64,000 bases of DNA from Takakia lepidozioides (lineage: Eukaryota; Plantae; Bryophyta), in contig CM060734.1 of the NCBI GenBank assembly GCA_030704615.1, positions 18,228,001-18,292,000 on the forward strand. The letters are read 5' to 3'. Positions 26,451 to 39,700 of the stretch are shown piece by piece; within the stretch, counting starts at the first letter, position 1; every line of letters starts with the position of its first letter. The notes under the pieces are model-generated. The model did no database searches. It was not told the DNA's origin and saw only the letters and a program-made list of their open reading frames with translations. The position numbers and the translations under genes are program-made.

Positions 26451-27013
26451 ATGCCGTGCTTCCGGAACCGGGACGACTGCCTTATGGAGGCATCGATTAT
26501 GCAATGTATTCGGCCACATCGGGAGACATCGTTATCTGGTACACAGATTACACAGAAGATACTGGTTCGAATGTGGGAAACATTGTCCGCTTTTGAGTAT
26601 CTCCAGGCCAGTACGCCTTTAGTGGGGGGTGACGATCTTGGTATGAGGAGTCCGTGGCTCCTGCGCATCCTTGATTCCGATTTTCCAGCTACGACGGGCA
26701 CCCATGCAGAAGAATGCGCACTGCTATGCTGTTGCGGTGGAACTGCTGCCAGTGGACGTGGGTGGACTCCATCGGAGAGACTTATACTCCTGAAGGAGTG
26801 CGCTCATCTTCTCCATTGTATGGGGACATTCGCATTGGTGTGGACGACGAAAATGTGAAGCTTTCCATATTCGATGGTGGTATGATTGAAGGGCAGGACA
26901 TTGTGGTGAACATCAACAGGGGCGGTACAAGCGGCTACAATCCAGTTTACCTGGAGGAGCCGATGACTCATGAGCTTGTTCTCAGAGTAGTCGAAGTCCC
27001 ATTGACAACGTGA
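26451..27013 (+). pseudogene. Unknown family B cargo gene U2, duplicate copy (frameshifted)
   Basis: MPCFRNRDDC..RWNCCQWT..VEVPLTT; matches 44544-45107. Confidence 0.65.
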
Positions 27014-27473
27014 CTTGTATTCAGAAGGCACAGGGCTAAAGATTTGTTTGCACAATCAACACAGTAGACGTGCTTCATATGCAATTCATGTGGATCAATA
27101 AAAACCCCATTGTCTGATCTTTTTTTGTTCTATTCTGTATCCATCGTTCCCAGAATGCATCATTCCTCATTTCGTTTGCGATTGGGAGTGTGGGTGGATT
27201 TTGCAAGTGGCTGGTAGGCTGAAATGGGCCCCATTGTCCAGAGCAGTAGCACCCTACCACTCGCGAAACATTGCCTTTCAATATGTATTCTAAAAAACAT
27301 TGCCGAACCTCCTTCATCGGGAGGTCCTTCTCCCCTATGACCGTGACACCCTAAACCCTATTCCCGCGGACACTCATTTCCGGAAAATAGTCCTGCTCAT
27401 GTTTTTTTTGACACTTACGACTCTGCTCATGGCTCATGGCTCATGGCTCATGGCTCATGAAATAGCAGCCCCC

Positions 27474-30364
27474 CACAACTTGCCAACGTGGGACATGCCA
27501 ATGGCAGAAATTCATTACCTAAACCTGCCCCCATTGGTTTTGTACACATGTGGTACCCAAAAACATGGGCTAGGTAGACACTAAAGGGTTGATAAAAGTT
27601 TCTTTCCTGTTTGTTGCTTCATGAATTTCGGAGTTAAGGTCCCTTCATTGGTCTCATCTTTCCATTACCAGAGCTTATGTGTAGCTAAAAGGTAAAACTC
27701 TACATTATGATGTAAGTGTTGATGTACCTTTGCTTGTCACGGCTTGTTTTGTTTTTTGACCTTGGAGAGTTGAGATTGTAGGCATGTTTATTTCTATGTT
27801 TCCTTTGTAACCAGAAGTAAAAGCTACAAAGAAGAGGGAGGTCATTATGTGATGGGGTCCGGTATGCACTCCCTTACGGGGTGAGTGCATACCACACTCA
27901 CTCCATAAGGAGCTGCCATACCAGGGGATGGTTGGGGGTTCCCTCTCTCTCCCTCCCTCCACGGATCTGGCTGGTTCTTTTAAAACTTGATAGTTTAAGA
28001 CCAGTGGTATGTTACCTAACCCCTAATTAACCTTCTTGGAATTTGGTTAATTTCGGTTATTTACATTACCCGGATTTTTGGTATAAGGTCGGAATCCTAA
28101 TGGAGCCATCCTATTCTTTAATTTTTTCATCCATAAATGGATGTCATCCTCAGAGGATGACACAGATGAAAAATCGAGAGACAATTTCATCCAACGCGGA
28201 TGAAATCACGATAGATTTCATCCTGCGCGGTAGAGTTCATCCCGTGTAGGGATTTCATCTGAAAAGGATGAAAATCAGCGGGAAATCGCGCTCATCTTTC
28301 CATGCACTAAACCCTCTCCACGACGATCGTGCTTAAGGGAGGGCTGGAGTGAGAGATGGTGGCGAGGGGCGCTGGAGTCGATTTCAGGCGCCCTTGATGC
28401 AATGGAGCTGCGCCATTAATGCATTTAGTTGTTCTGGCAAGATTCCGTACCTTCTTCCCTCTTGGGGTGAGCAATGGCGGCAGTACCTGCAATTTCCCTG
28501 TGGCGGTTGTCGCTAATGCTTGGCGGGCGATCTACCTGTGTGGTGGTTGCTTGCTTGTGAAATTCATTGATCTTAAGATACAGCGGCGATCTTAAGGCCT
28601 CAGGGAAGTGTCTGAACTCTGTAAGTTTGGGCGATCACTTTCTTTGTGATGCTTTGTACATTTTGTTGTGCATTCTTGTTTGCTGGTCGAGAGCTATGGC
28701 GCAGGGCCTCTCTTCACGCCATCAAGGTATTGGCTTGCATATGCTCTGTTTCCTTTCTGCCCCTGCTTTGTATTGCATGTTGCTTACAGCGATAACAATA
28801 GTGGAGACCTGCGATCACCCGGGTTCCACATCGTCTCTAACTTTAACTGTTTCTGATTGCATGTGATGGGACCAGGTGAGGGTCTCACTTAACATGGATT
28901 TTAAAGCTTGAAGTTGATTGGATCAGTTGAAGAAGCGACGCCATTGTATCTTTGGGGGAGAACAAATCCTTTCTTCCTCTTTCCTTTGATCTGATGGCCT
29001 CCTATGTTTACCTAGTATGGTGGACAATCAATCATTAGGGCCGACTATCTCTTGTTCCAGTTTTGGCATACTGATGTGACAATGGACCATGATATTAAAG
29101 AGATCTGGTAACATGCTACAATGTAGGGCATACCTGTTTTCATGACCAGACAGTGTTCTTGAATGTACAAGCCTTGGAAACTTAGCCTCTTTAGAAGATG
29201 GTTACTTTAGGACCACGTGATACCATGCCCCCCAAACGATATGGAGTGGTTATTGTTTGGTAGGTAAGCCGACCAAAAAATAGAGACTGAATGGACATGG
29301 CATGTCATGAATGGCACTTGTTAGCATGCTGAACAATGGGTTCCTGCTATGAACAGTGGTAATTGGTCTCTAATTTTCCCCCCCCCCACCAGAGGCTTCA
29401 TTGACTTTGAAGTCTGGGATTTTTCTTGTGAATGAAGAATGGTTGGACAATGCCTTGTGATGAGGCTGATTTGTCGTTAATTTTACAATGGCCTTGTCAG
29501 GTCTTGGTCCAGGTATCTTCCCTATCTGATTTAGACCAGTGTACTGGTGGTCTTGTAACTTATAAACCAATCTCCCTTCTGTTTGTCGTTTATGTTGTGA
29601 TTTACAACACTGGTCTGAGCATGACAAAGGTGATCAAATATGTTCTGATTGAATGATGAACCCAAGGCAATGGGAAGGCCAAGCCATGAGATTCGCCTCC
29701 TCTCCCGCCATGACCATGGTGTGGAGCAAGCAAGTCGTTCATGAAGGTAAGATCTTCTCAAAAAAATATGTTGGCTAATTGGGCATGGAGAGTAGGGCTC
29801 CTTGAAGGTACCTGAGATAAGCACAAAACATCTATAGGGCTTCTGAATGCTGAAAATTTGAGCTAGGCCTTGTAAGCAGCTTGCTGGAGTAGACGGTACA
29901 CCTTTACATGATCGGGTCAATGCACATTACTCTTGTTTGCCGGTCCCCTGTAAGCCGATGCCTTATGTCAGATTTAGATACCTTCTGATAGAACGAGTTC
30001 CTTTCGTGGCTCAATGTTTCTCCTGGTTATGGCTTTGCTCTTTATAGGCACCATAAAAAAATACCCAATTCATGATATTGCTGTTGGTAGATGTTTGTCT
30101 GAATACTAGGTGGTAAAACCCCTGCAAGACTTCGTTACCTAAGTCCCAAAACTGGCCCCCTTGGTTTTGTACACAGTTTTACCCAAAACAAGGGGTGAGT
30201 AAACACTACACGTTTGATATAAGATCTTCCAGATTGTTACGTATGACCTGGAAATTGAGGGTCTTCACTGGCTCTTATTCCGGTCCCAGAGCTTATATAT
30301 AACTAAAAGGTAAAAACTCTACATTTTGATGGACATGTTGGATGTACCTCGTTTGTCACAACTT
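27474..30364. repeat. 2.9-kb flank segment X, repeated at 45558-48296
   Basis: Collinear homology at an offset of ~18.1 kb; diverged ~230-bp direct repeats near its ends; TTCATCC/GGATGAA cluster at 28120-28270. Confidence 0.85.
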
Positions 30365-30764
30365 ACTATTTCAGGAGCAGGAAAACATGAGCCATGAGCC
30401 ATGAGCCGCATGAGCCACATGAGTGTGAGCCGAAGTCTAAGACACCGCGGATTCATGCGCGGACTCCTCCAAATTGGAAATGCGGCAGAATAAACAAGTT
30501 TAAAATAATGTTTTCTCTTGACCTTGCCGTTCTTGGAAGTTACAGATCCGTAATGCGGCGAAGATATGTCGTCAGTAACAAATCCGCTCATGGAAAAACA
30601 TGATCCGCTCATGGAAATGAGTACATGCAACGAGAAATCCAGTATACCACGGCAAAAGGACGTCGCATACTGGCCTGTATAGAGTATTCCGCGGTTTACA
30701 TGCCTTAACATTGGAATGAGGCTACCTTTTGCCGCGACCGAAGCCAAAGAGTCTGCACCCTGGA

Positions 30765-33700
30765 TCATATCAGAAGAGTGTGCACCTCTTGGGGCTCAAC
30801 CCTGGTGCATGTATGAAGTGATGAGTTGTGGAATTACACCGGAGTCTCTTTAGGTACACGTAGTACAGATGCTTGCAAGGGCAGTATGATGCCCCCTTGT
30901 TCGCCATGATCTGAAAGTCGGTGCAATTGCAGGTGGGTAATTCTGAAATGGTGATGGTGTACACCTCATTGCAAACAGCTGAGCTTGCCGTGGCCATCTG
31001 ATACACACGCCCGAAGCCTGGTGGGGGCACTTCTGTCGAGCTCTGGATTGTACAGTTCATCCGAAGTGCATTCCCCATCCTTGTCTCGTTCACTTTTGAG
31101 GGAGGTCGCCGCCTCTTCGGTTTCCCCCAACGGTGTGTAGGATGCTTAGAGCTGTCGGGTCCCATTGTTCTTGCTCTCACAGGGGTCGGTGGTGGAGGCT
31201 GTGGAAGCGGAAATGGTTGTCTGGGACGTCAGTGCTGCACCATCCGAAATCCTGCGGCGGTAAGGGCGTCGGCCTCAACCTGACTCAGATCGCAGCCTGG
31301 TTCCACCGGCCACACCGGGGGAGCCTCTGGCATTGTTTGTATGCCGTACTTGGGCTTTCCATACACGCAAGTCATAATGTCGTGCCTGCAGAACCAGAAC
31401 TGGGTGGTTGTCGCCTCCGCAAACTTTGCATGGACAAATCTTCCTGTAAAAGTAGGAGCAGGGACAGCACCATCTGGATTCCTCCTTATCATCTCTAAAC
31501 AACGTTGCCGTGTATCCACTCGAATTGCGGAACACCTGCCTCGAAACGACGGCTTTGTGCGAGCAATTCTCCACTGTGACGCAGACACAGTCGTCTCCAC
31601 AATGGCTTGGCCATACTGCATAACAGGGGCGGAATCTGGGGCAAGCGAGCGGTGGGAATTTCTCGCACGGAATCCCCGCTTGAAGGCGATGGCGATCTGG
31701 AATTTCTTGGGCTTCCACTGCTGGAAGACACATTGTGCGGCAACATGACGGGCCCTCGAGGTGCTGTCCGAATGTTCCTGTCGGATCTCCAGGAATCCTC
31801 TTCGCACCCGGGTTCCTCTTCAATCCTCCGCCTCACAGGGCGAGTACGGACGTCCCCCTCTAGGTGCTCACCTCTGCGGTGCAGAGGCGTCCCTTTGATC
31901 TTCTCTCGCAATGCTGTCGCCCATTTCAGTGGATTCTTCGACCTCGAAGCTGTTCGTACCAACAATTCCTCCCTGTCCGGCCCAAAGCCCCATTGTTTCC
32001 CGCTCAGGAACTTGTAGTACGTGGCTTGCTGCATGATTGCTCTGTCGATGTCCTCCGTTGTGGCCGTCACTACGTCCACCAGATGTGCGGCAGAAGACGC
32101 TCGCCAGGAGGAGTGCACTGATTCTGCCATATTCGTGTTCGGCATGTCCGTGTCGGAATCCAAGCACCGCTCCTACAAGGACACAGACAATGGTGAGGAA
32201 CCAATGGAAAGGTCCGTAATAGAAAGACAATTGCACGAAAATGACAGCATCATACCTCCCGCATGTACTGTCCGAACTGTCGATACCGGAAATGCCACCA
32301 CCCCAACCAGCTGTGCAAGGCTCCCAGATTGGTTGTCTCCACTGCACCTGACGTGTTCCACCAAGCCTCGATGATAGCAAACTTAACCTCCGCGTCATCA
32401 AATGTGGGTGCATCCTTCCACGCCGTACAAAGGACACGGTGTTCAGCCTGGAATGAGCTAGCAACAAATTTGGTAGTGTAGTGGGATAGACTCTGCATCC
32501 AATGGAATCCACAGGATCTCTCTTTCCCCTCCATTGGAACATTGGGGTCCTCACCGTACACACGCCGCACCGCTGCCCAGTTGGCCTGAGCGTTGTCTGC
32601 CATGAATCCCCTGAAATTGGGCTCTGGCAATCCCGCCCTTGCCATCTGCTCGTTTATGCCCTCCCACAGATGCATCTCCGACTGTGTGTCCTCCCTTTCA
32701 TCTCGCAGATTGCAATCGTCATGAGCCTCTTGGAGTGATAGTCATAAACATGCGCACCCATAGTCACCCACTGATGGTTTGTAATTCGCTTGATGTGATC
32801 AAACATCACCCAAGCATTCGACAAGTTTCCAGTTGTCATGCGAGTGACCAAGTCGACTCCACTCCCAGGCCCACACGTCGACATTTTAAAAATGTAACAA
32901 CGATCGGATTCGCTGCCTTGCCCTGGAAACCTGCTACCTTGGATGTAGTCATATCCAGTCATTCGTTTCACCTCCAGGATTGAGTGCATGTCCGACCCCC
33001 GGCCGAACTCCTGCTTGCAAGATACGATGTGATTCCGCACATTCGGACTACAAACGTGCGAGACGGACTCCAACAGGTCAAGCATCTCCTCTTCGTTCAA
33101 GGGCACTCGGTCTGAACCATCTTCAGACATGATTTTGCCAAGAGCAATCTTGTGGGCTGCCTTCAGCTGAATCTGCTTTGGTCTGGCTCCGGGGCTCAAT
33201 TTCACCTCCTCTTTTATGATGTCGTGTGCTTCCTGCACAGCCTCACGCATGTTGCCTCTCGCCAAGGGGTGGCAGTGGACCCCAACGTGTATGCAAGCTC
33301 TAGTCAAGTCCGGGAGCAAATGGATAACGTAATATTGCTTGGCTCTGCACATGGACATGCACGTCGGTGGTTCTTTGCAATGTGCGCACTTGAAAGTACC
33401 CGCAGGAGCTTGGCTGGAGACAATGAATGGATGATGCGTTGTGCCAGTCCAATCCGTCTCGTTTCTCCGCCCTCCTTTGGAAAGAAAGTGGAAGCAGGCG
33501 GGATTGAGGCACCTCAGCTTCCCCGCACAGAGGACGTATCGTACACGAACACCATCAGCAATTTTCGTGCTACTGGTCTTCGTCACACACCAGGGGTGTC
33601 CGTCATGCTTTCGATCCATGTCTGTTAACATCCCTGAGGCTTTGTTTGACGAAGTAACAGGTGGAAACTCGAAGATGACATTGCCATCGACTTCGGGAGG

Positions 33701-34337
33701 CAGATACGTTACCTTCCTGACCGGAAATTTGGCATAGTCGAGAGCAGCCAGCTCGGAGCGAGAACCATCGAGGTGATGTTGCCGTAGGAGCTGCACAATG
33801 GACCGGGTTGGAGTTATGCTCGAGGGTACATGCGTAGCACCTGCAGAGACGTCCATGTCGGATTTGAACGACCGTGTGGAGGACATGGGGACCTCAATGC
33901 TCGTCGGAAATGTCGAATACGTCCACACGAGAAGCTATGGAGGGTCTTGACGGTCCAGGTCGGGAATGATTATCGTTGCATACCTCTCTGTTGGCAGTGG
34001 CCGCCTGTCGGTTTCCGGACTCCTTTGTGGATGGTGTGGGCAGCGACTGATTCGGAAAGGGAATGGGCATTCCCACAGCTCGGTACAGGATGGTGTCTGA
34101 TGGGGGTACGTGCCATTCGATTCCGCAACCTCCGTCGTTACCTAGCACGACAATGGTCTCGTCAACCTGTCCAGGAACATCCTTCCTTTCTTCTTCCAAA
34201 TAAACTGTGCCCGGTTTGAGCTTGAATTTGGAACAAAGGTAAGTTTCAGTCACTCTGCAAAGTCCTCCCTCGTTTGGGATCCAGGCTCTCCCAAGTTGCG
34301 GAGGACAGCAAACTATAGCGTAGGAATTCGGAGCCAT
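30765..34337 (-). CDS. MULE-like transposase, family B (GCM-like, DDE, SWIM); intron 32173-32255; several 1-bp frameshifts
   Basis: WVMFDHIKR, FMADNAQANWAAV, CGFHW, TNMAESVHSSW, SWIM CNCTDF..PCKHLYYV; N-terminal Cys/His domain ending CIHVGVHCHP. Confidence 0.88.
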
Positions 34338-34718
34338 CGAACACCGCACGAAGTTGGCAAGTGCGAGGTTCAGTATAGCGACAGACCAAGGCTCACAGGC
34401 ACCATGCGGAGTCCATCGACGATTGGAAGTCGCACATTGAAGTGGAAAGTATGTTTCAAGCTACATGCATGAAGGTGGGAGGTGTGATTCCATAGCCAGT
34501 AAGTATGACAATGATGGCCAATTCGGCGACGAAATAACATCTCCTGACAGTTTCTCCTGAGGGTGGATCCAGCAGTATTCTCGGTGCAGACATGAACGTT
34601 CGCACTGACAAGTGCCAGGACTGTTAGTTAAAACGGTCAGACAACCAAGTTGTGCTCATCAAGACTGGCCGCAATTGTGTTGTTTCGGAACAATGCAACC
34701 CATTCAGGTTCAGCATGC

Positions 34719-36394
34719 GGAAATGAGGTTCCAGATTTCCGTCCGGAGTGATTCTTTCGATTGCTGCTGGACGGAAATACGGCGCCGCATTTCCGTATTG
34801 CATCTATCATGCACCAGAGCGACGGAAATGCGGCACCGAGTTCCGTCCGGGGAAACCTTATACTCTCCAGAACGGAAATGCGGTAACGCATTTCCATCCA
34901 GCAAGCACGGTATGTGAAGGTGGAACGGAAATGCGGTACCGCATTTCCGTTCTGATTGAGAATCATGAACAACGGGAACAGAAATGCGGCACCGCATTTC
35001 CGTCGAGTCGCACCTTCCGACATACCAGAACGGAAATGCGGCGCCGCATTTCCGTTTTATATCTGACGCATGGAGCTGAGGGATAGAAATGCTGCACCGC
35101 ATTTCCGTCCTCACAAGACATTCATACTCTCTAGAACGGAAATGCGGTACCGCATTTCCGTTCTGATTGAGAATTATGAACAACGGGAACAGAAATGCGG
35201 CACCGCATTTCCGTCCGAGTCGCACTTTTCGACATTCCAGAACGGAAATGCGGCGCCGCATTTCCGTTTTGTATCTGATGCAAGGAGCCGAGTGCAATTC
35301 CACCGCTTGAGACATTCAACTATCCAGAACGGAAATGCGGTACCGCATTTCCGTTCTGATTGAAAATCGTGAACCATCGGAACTGAAATGCGGCAGCGCA
35401 GTCGCACCTCCGACATCCAGAACGGAAATGCGGCACCGCATTTCGTTCTGATGAAAAATCGTGAAACATCGGAACTGAAATGCGGTACCGCATTTTCGTC
35501 GGAGTCGCACCTTCCGACATTCCAAAACGGAAATGCGGCACCGCATTTCCGCCAGGGTTAGACTTTTATACTCTACAGAACGGAAATGTGCTACCGCATT
35601 TCCGTTCTGACTGAAAATCGTGAACAACGGGAACTGAAATGCGGCACCGCATTTCCGTCCGAGTCGCACCTTCCGACATTCAGAACGGAAATGCGGCGCC
35701 GCATTTCCGTTTTGTATGTGAGGCATGGAGCGTGGGACGGAAATGCGTGCCGCATTTCCATCCATGTGAGACCTTCAAACTTTCCAGAACGGAAATGCGG
35801 CACCGCATTTCCGTTCAGGTGAGACCTCTATAGTTTCCCGAATGGAATGTGGCACGACATTCCGTTCATCAACTACGGTATTGAAGAACGGAAATGCGGT
35901 ACCGCATTTCCGTTCAGATTGAAAATCATGAACCACGGGAACTGAAATGCGGTGCCGCATTTCCGTCCGAATCGCACCTTTCGACATTCCAGAACGGAAA
36001 TGCGGCGCCGCATTTCCCTTTTGTATCTGAGACATGGAGATGTGGGACGGAAATGCGGCACCATTTCCGTTCATCAACTAAGGTATGTGAAGGGGGAACG
36101 GAAATGCGGTACCGCATTTCCGTTCAGATTGAAAATCATGAACCACGGGAACTGAAATGTTGTGCCGCATTTCCGTCCGAATCGCACCTTTCGACATTCA
36201 GAACGAAATGCGGCGCCGCATTTCCCTTTGTATCTCATACATGGAGCTGTGGGACGGAAATGCGGCACCGTATTTCCGTTCAACAACTAAGGTATGTGAA
36301 GGTGGAACGGAAATGCGGTGCCGCATTTTCTTCCAACAAGTACGGATGTGTAGCTTCGTGATGGTACTTAACGGAAATGCGGCGCCGCATTCGC
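34719..36394. repeat. Palindrome array 1: ~32 copies of GGAAATGCGG-NN-CCGCATTTCC at a ~53-bp period
   Basis: Starts include 34874, 34927, 34980, 35032, 35085, 35138, 35191, 35244; spacers recur as a ~211-bp four-unit higher-order repeat. Confidence 0.97.
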
Positions 36395-36740
36395 ATTTTC
36401 ACTCCAACTCATCAGACGCTGGGACGGAAATGCCTTGAAATGTGAACACGTGGAGCAACGGAATTGCGGCACATGTCTGCACTCTATCTGACTGAAGTGG
36501 CATGAGGCGGCGCGGCCTGACCGTTGGATAATGATGTTTGTTTTTCGGACGGCAGGCGTACCCTGAACGATTCGAATTTCGTAATGACGCAAAGTCCACG
36601 AGGAGACACTTTCGTCCACCCTTTGAACCCAAGTGGTGCATCACCGCCGTTTCATCTTCTTTTGTCGTGTCTCCTCAGTCACCCCTCTCGCGCCCTTTCC
36701 ATCTGCACTCTTCGCCCCTTTTCCTGTCTCTGTTCTTCTT

Positions 36741-39700
36741 ATGCTCGAACCTGAGAGGGAGGGAGTGCGTGCACCAGAGAAGAGACATCGTCGCAAGCTC
36801 CGAAAATTGTACTTCGGACGTAGGCCAATGCCGAAGGGGAGGAAGCAGATGCGTCTACAGGAGGAGATTGCCATCTCGCAGCATCAGGCCACGCAGGCAA
36901 CCCAGCCACCAGTGAGAGCTCCGTGCTATCGGGATTTGCCAGCTGATCGAGCACCGAAACCCGCCTCATTTTTCTTCTGCAATTCTTAGACTGTATGCTA
37001 GGAGACTTGACTGCAGAAGATGTTTGCATGCCTAACCGGAAAGGTGGACGTGCTGGAGGGATCGCAGGAATCCGAAGAGCCGCAGGCAGAGTCCGTGGAG
37101 CTAGCTGCAGCACGCACACCCAGCCGATCCACGAGCACGGGTCTTCCTGCCGGTCCTAGCCCTGTGCGTTTCAAGGACGCGGCTTCCAAGGGCAAGTCTT
37201 TGCAGTTCAAAGCCCCAGAGAGCGACTCGCCTTCAAAGGTCATGGAGAATCGCCAGCAGGGGTCTAGCCCTTCTCCAGCAAAGACGAAGAAGAAGCAGCC
37301 CGTCCTTCAACTTGTTTCTGAACCGGACCAGGCCGTTTCCCCCCACCCAGGCGAATGAAGCAGATTCAATTGCAGCAGACACCTTCACCTGCAAGAATGA
37401 GGAAGCACAAGGCAATCAGGGGGAGGGCGGAGCAGTCTCCCACAAAACCGATTCCACGAGCTGAAGCCCAGTTCCTGCTTGATTTCCAGCCTGCTGATGT
37501 TGGGGGCGTCTCTGCTGCAGCGAAGGCAATGGGATCGACCGTCGATTTGGTACCGGAGGAGGGTGCTGCCTCTCAACGTTCTCAGCAAGACCTGACCACA
37601 GTTGAGGAAGACCTGACCACTGAAGGCCCGGAGGAGGCCTCTGCAATTGCAAAATTGTTCGCAAAGATTCCCCAGAGTGCAGCTCCAGTTGGGGATGCTC
37701 AGCTGCTCAGCCCCTTGCCGCCACCAGCAGAAATGTCTCCGGAGGAATTCCAAAGTGCAGCGGATACAATGTTGGAGGAGACACATAGTAGCATTGGCAG
37801 AGTTCTGGGCAGCAGGGTATTCCAGCGGACTCTTCGAATCCCACTCTGTCGCATGGTCTCCCTTCCCATCGTCAGGCAGGCACTTCCCGGAGATGTGGAT
37901 AAGCTCAAGTTCGCATTTCGAGAAGGGTACCGTCTAGGTTCGCCAGCCTTCTACGTTTCCCTTGAGAATGAGGACGGCGAATCTCGTGGACCCACTGCGG
38001 AGGAATTGTCAACATGGGATACCCACTGGCACACTCGCAACGACGAATTCGAGGCAACACTGAAGGGTGATCCCGACTTCGGCCATATGTCGGGTAAAAT
38101 GTTCTTTGTGTGGGACGGGAATCACCGACTTCTCGCCTGGTGGGAGTACATCAAGCAGAACCATGCCAAGCACATTGGCTGGCATTACATGGTGGAGTGT
38201 GTCATCCTCAAGGTGAAGGCGGCAGACTCCTCCCTGCTCAAGAATGCCATGGCGGACCTCAACTCGTAAGATACTCATACCCTCCCAAGCACGTTCGAAA
38301 TGCGGTGCCGCATTTCGGTTTCCAATCTGTTTTGTTTCCGTGCTTTCGTGGACTGAACTGGAGAGTGTGCCTTGCAGGGTCACTGAAAATGCGTACGTGC
38401 ATACCCACATGGCACATATGCTGTACAGGGTGAGGAAAACTGGTCTCACTGATCCGCACATGTTCGCGGAAATGCTGGAGCCCGAGCTCATTCAGAAAGC
38501 CGTGGCAAAAACTGACCGGACATGGTATCGTCTCACTATGGATGGAATGGTGGAGGTGATATACGAAGTAAGTCGTCCTCCCATTTCCCTCTGCTCATCC
38601 TTCCCCAATTTCCGGTAATCTTTCCACATGAATCGAATGTAACGCTTCTGCATGTTTTTGTTGGCAGTCAAACATCAAGCTGGATTTGGCCCATGCCAAA
38701 CGCTTCTTCATGGAAAGTGAGGGGCAGGTCAAAACGTTGCAGTCATTGACTGAGCACTTGAAGGAAGCCGGGGTCAAGTCCAGAACGAAATACAAGTCAA
38801 AGCTTGTGAAGCTGGTGGCCATTGCAGATCCGGCACTTGGAAAGGACTTCATCCCCGAGATTGCAAAACACTATTCTCGGGCCATGCAGCCGACCATGCA
38901 GTTGGAGAAACTGCATCACCTCTCAACGGCATGTGTTGAAGCGAAAGAGAAGGTGATGTTTCAATTCACTGAAGTTCCTTCCTAGCAATAGCCACTCTTC
39001 TTCCTGCTCCTGACATTGGATCGGAAATGGCAGACACGGTGGCTGTCGATCTGGAATGCATCGGAGAGTATAAGGACAATGTGGTCTTTTCCACTCGAAG
39101 TTTCCGACCCTGCAGTGGATGTGTGGCTCAACCGCATGACTTGGTGGTTCCAGGTAATTCAAGGTACTTCCCCATATTTGCTTTTCTGAAATGAATTCCC
39201 TGAACTGCTACGTGACAATGCATGTGGGAATCGCAGGTAATGACGAATGCGAAGGAGCAAGTCGTAATGCATACAAATTCGTTCGGCTTGTACGTCAAAT
39301 GGGATGGAACACAGACATTGGAAGACTACGTGACACGTTTCAGATGTGCTTACAAGGACAACCTCTTCGCCAGGGAGCTGCAGACAGCAAGAAGGAGCGT
39401 GGAGTTTACACATCAGGAGGGAGCGGGAAAAGCTGCAATGCGAATTGTTTACAGGTGAAGCCCAGCTGTCCTTGTATGCAAAGCCTGGTAATGAGGTTTG
39501 TCTGGGAAATGCGGCACCGCATTCGCATTTTATGTTTTCGGTTGCACTCTGCGAGTACGTTGGTCTCAACTTTTGCTCACGCATGCTGACTGCCCTGCAG
39601 GTATATGAAATACGTGCTTCTTCAGACAGGGGCCCTGGCTCAAGAGCCCCCGTTCTTCATGGCTTGGACCGTGGCGGGCCCAAGCTGTGTCTACACACCC

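Larger units (their letters stand above)
17580..27473 (+). mobile_element. 5'-truncated duplicate of the family B element (matches 36963-45557)
   Basis: Collinear high identity from intron 1 of the cargo gene to the right terminus GCTCATGAAATAGCAGCCCCC. Confidence 0.92.

Noticed and set aside
30765-34337. KDZ/Zisupton assignment (SWIM domain, 8-bp TSD)
   Set aside because: The D..D..CxxH..E spacing and the FMAD..A..AV..V motif fit the MULE family better; phylogeny still needed.
34719-36394. CRISPR array (palindromic repeats with ~31-bp spacers)
   Set aside because: Spacers recur in a ~211-bp higher-order unit, the central 2 bp of the repeat vary, copies occur singly in introns, no cas-like ORF is present, and the context is eukaryotic.
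34612-36438. Many overlapping ORFs with EMRRRIS / GNAAPHF / KCGAAF repeats (also at 19.4-20.0, 24-25 and 42-43 kb)
   Set aside because: Translations of the stop-free palindrome in all six frames; no evidence of coding.
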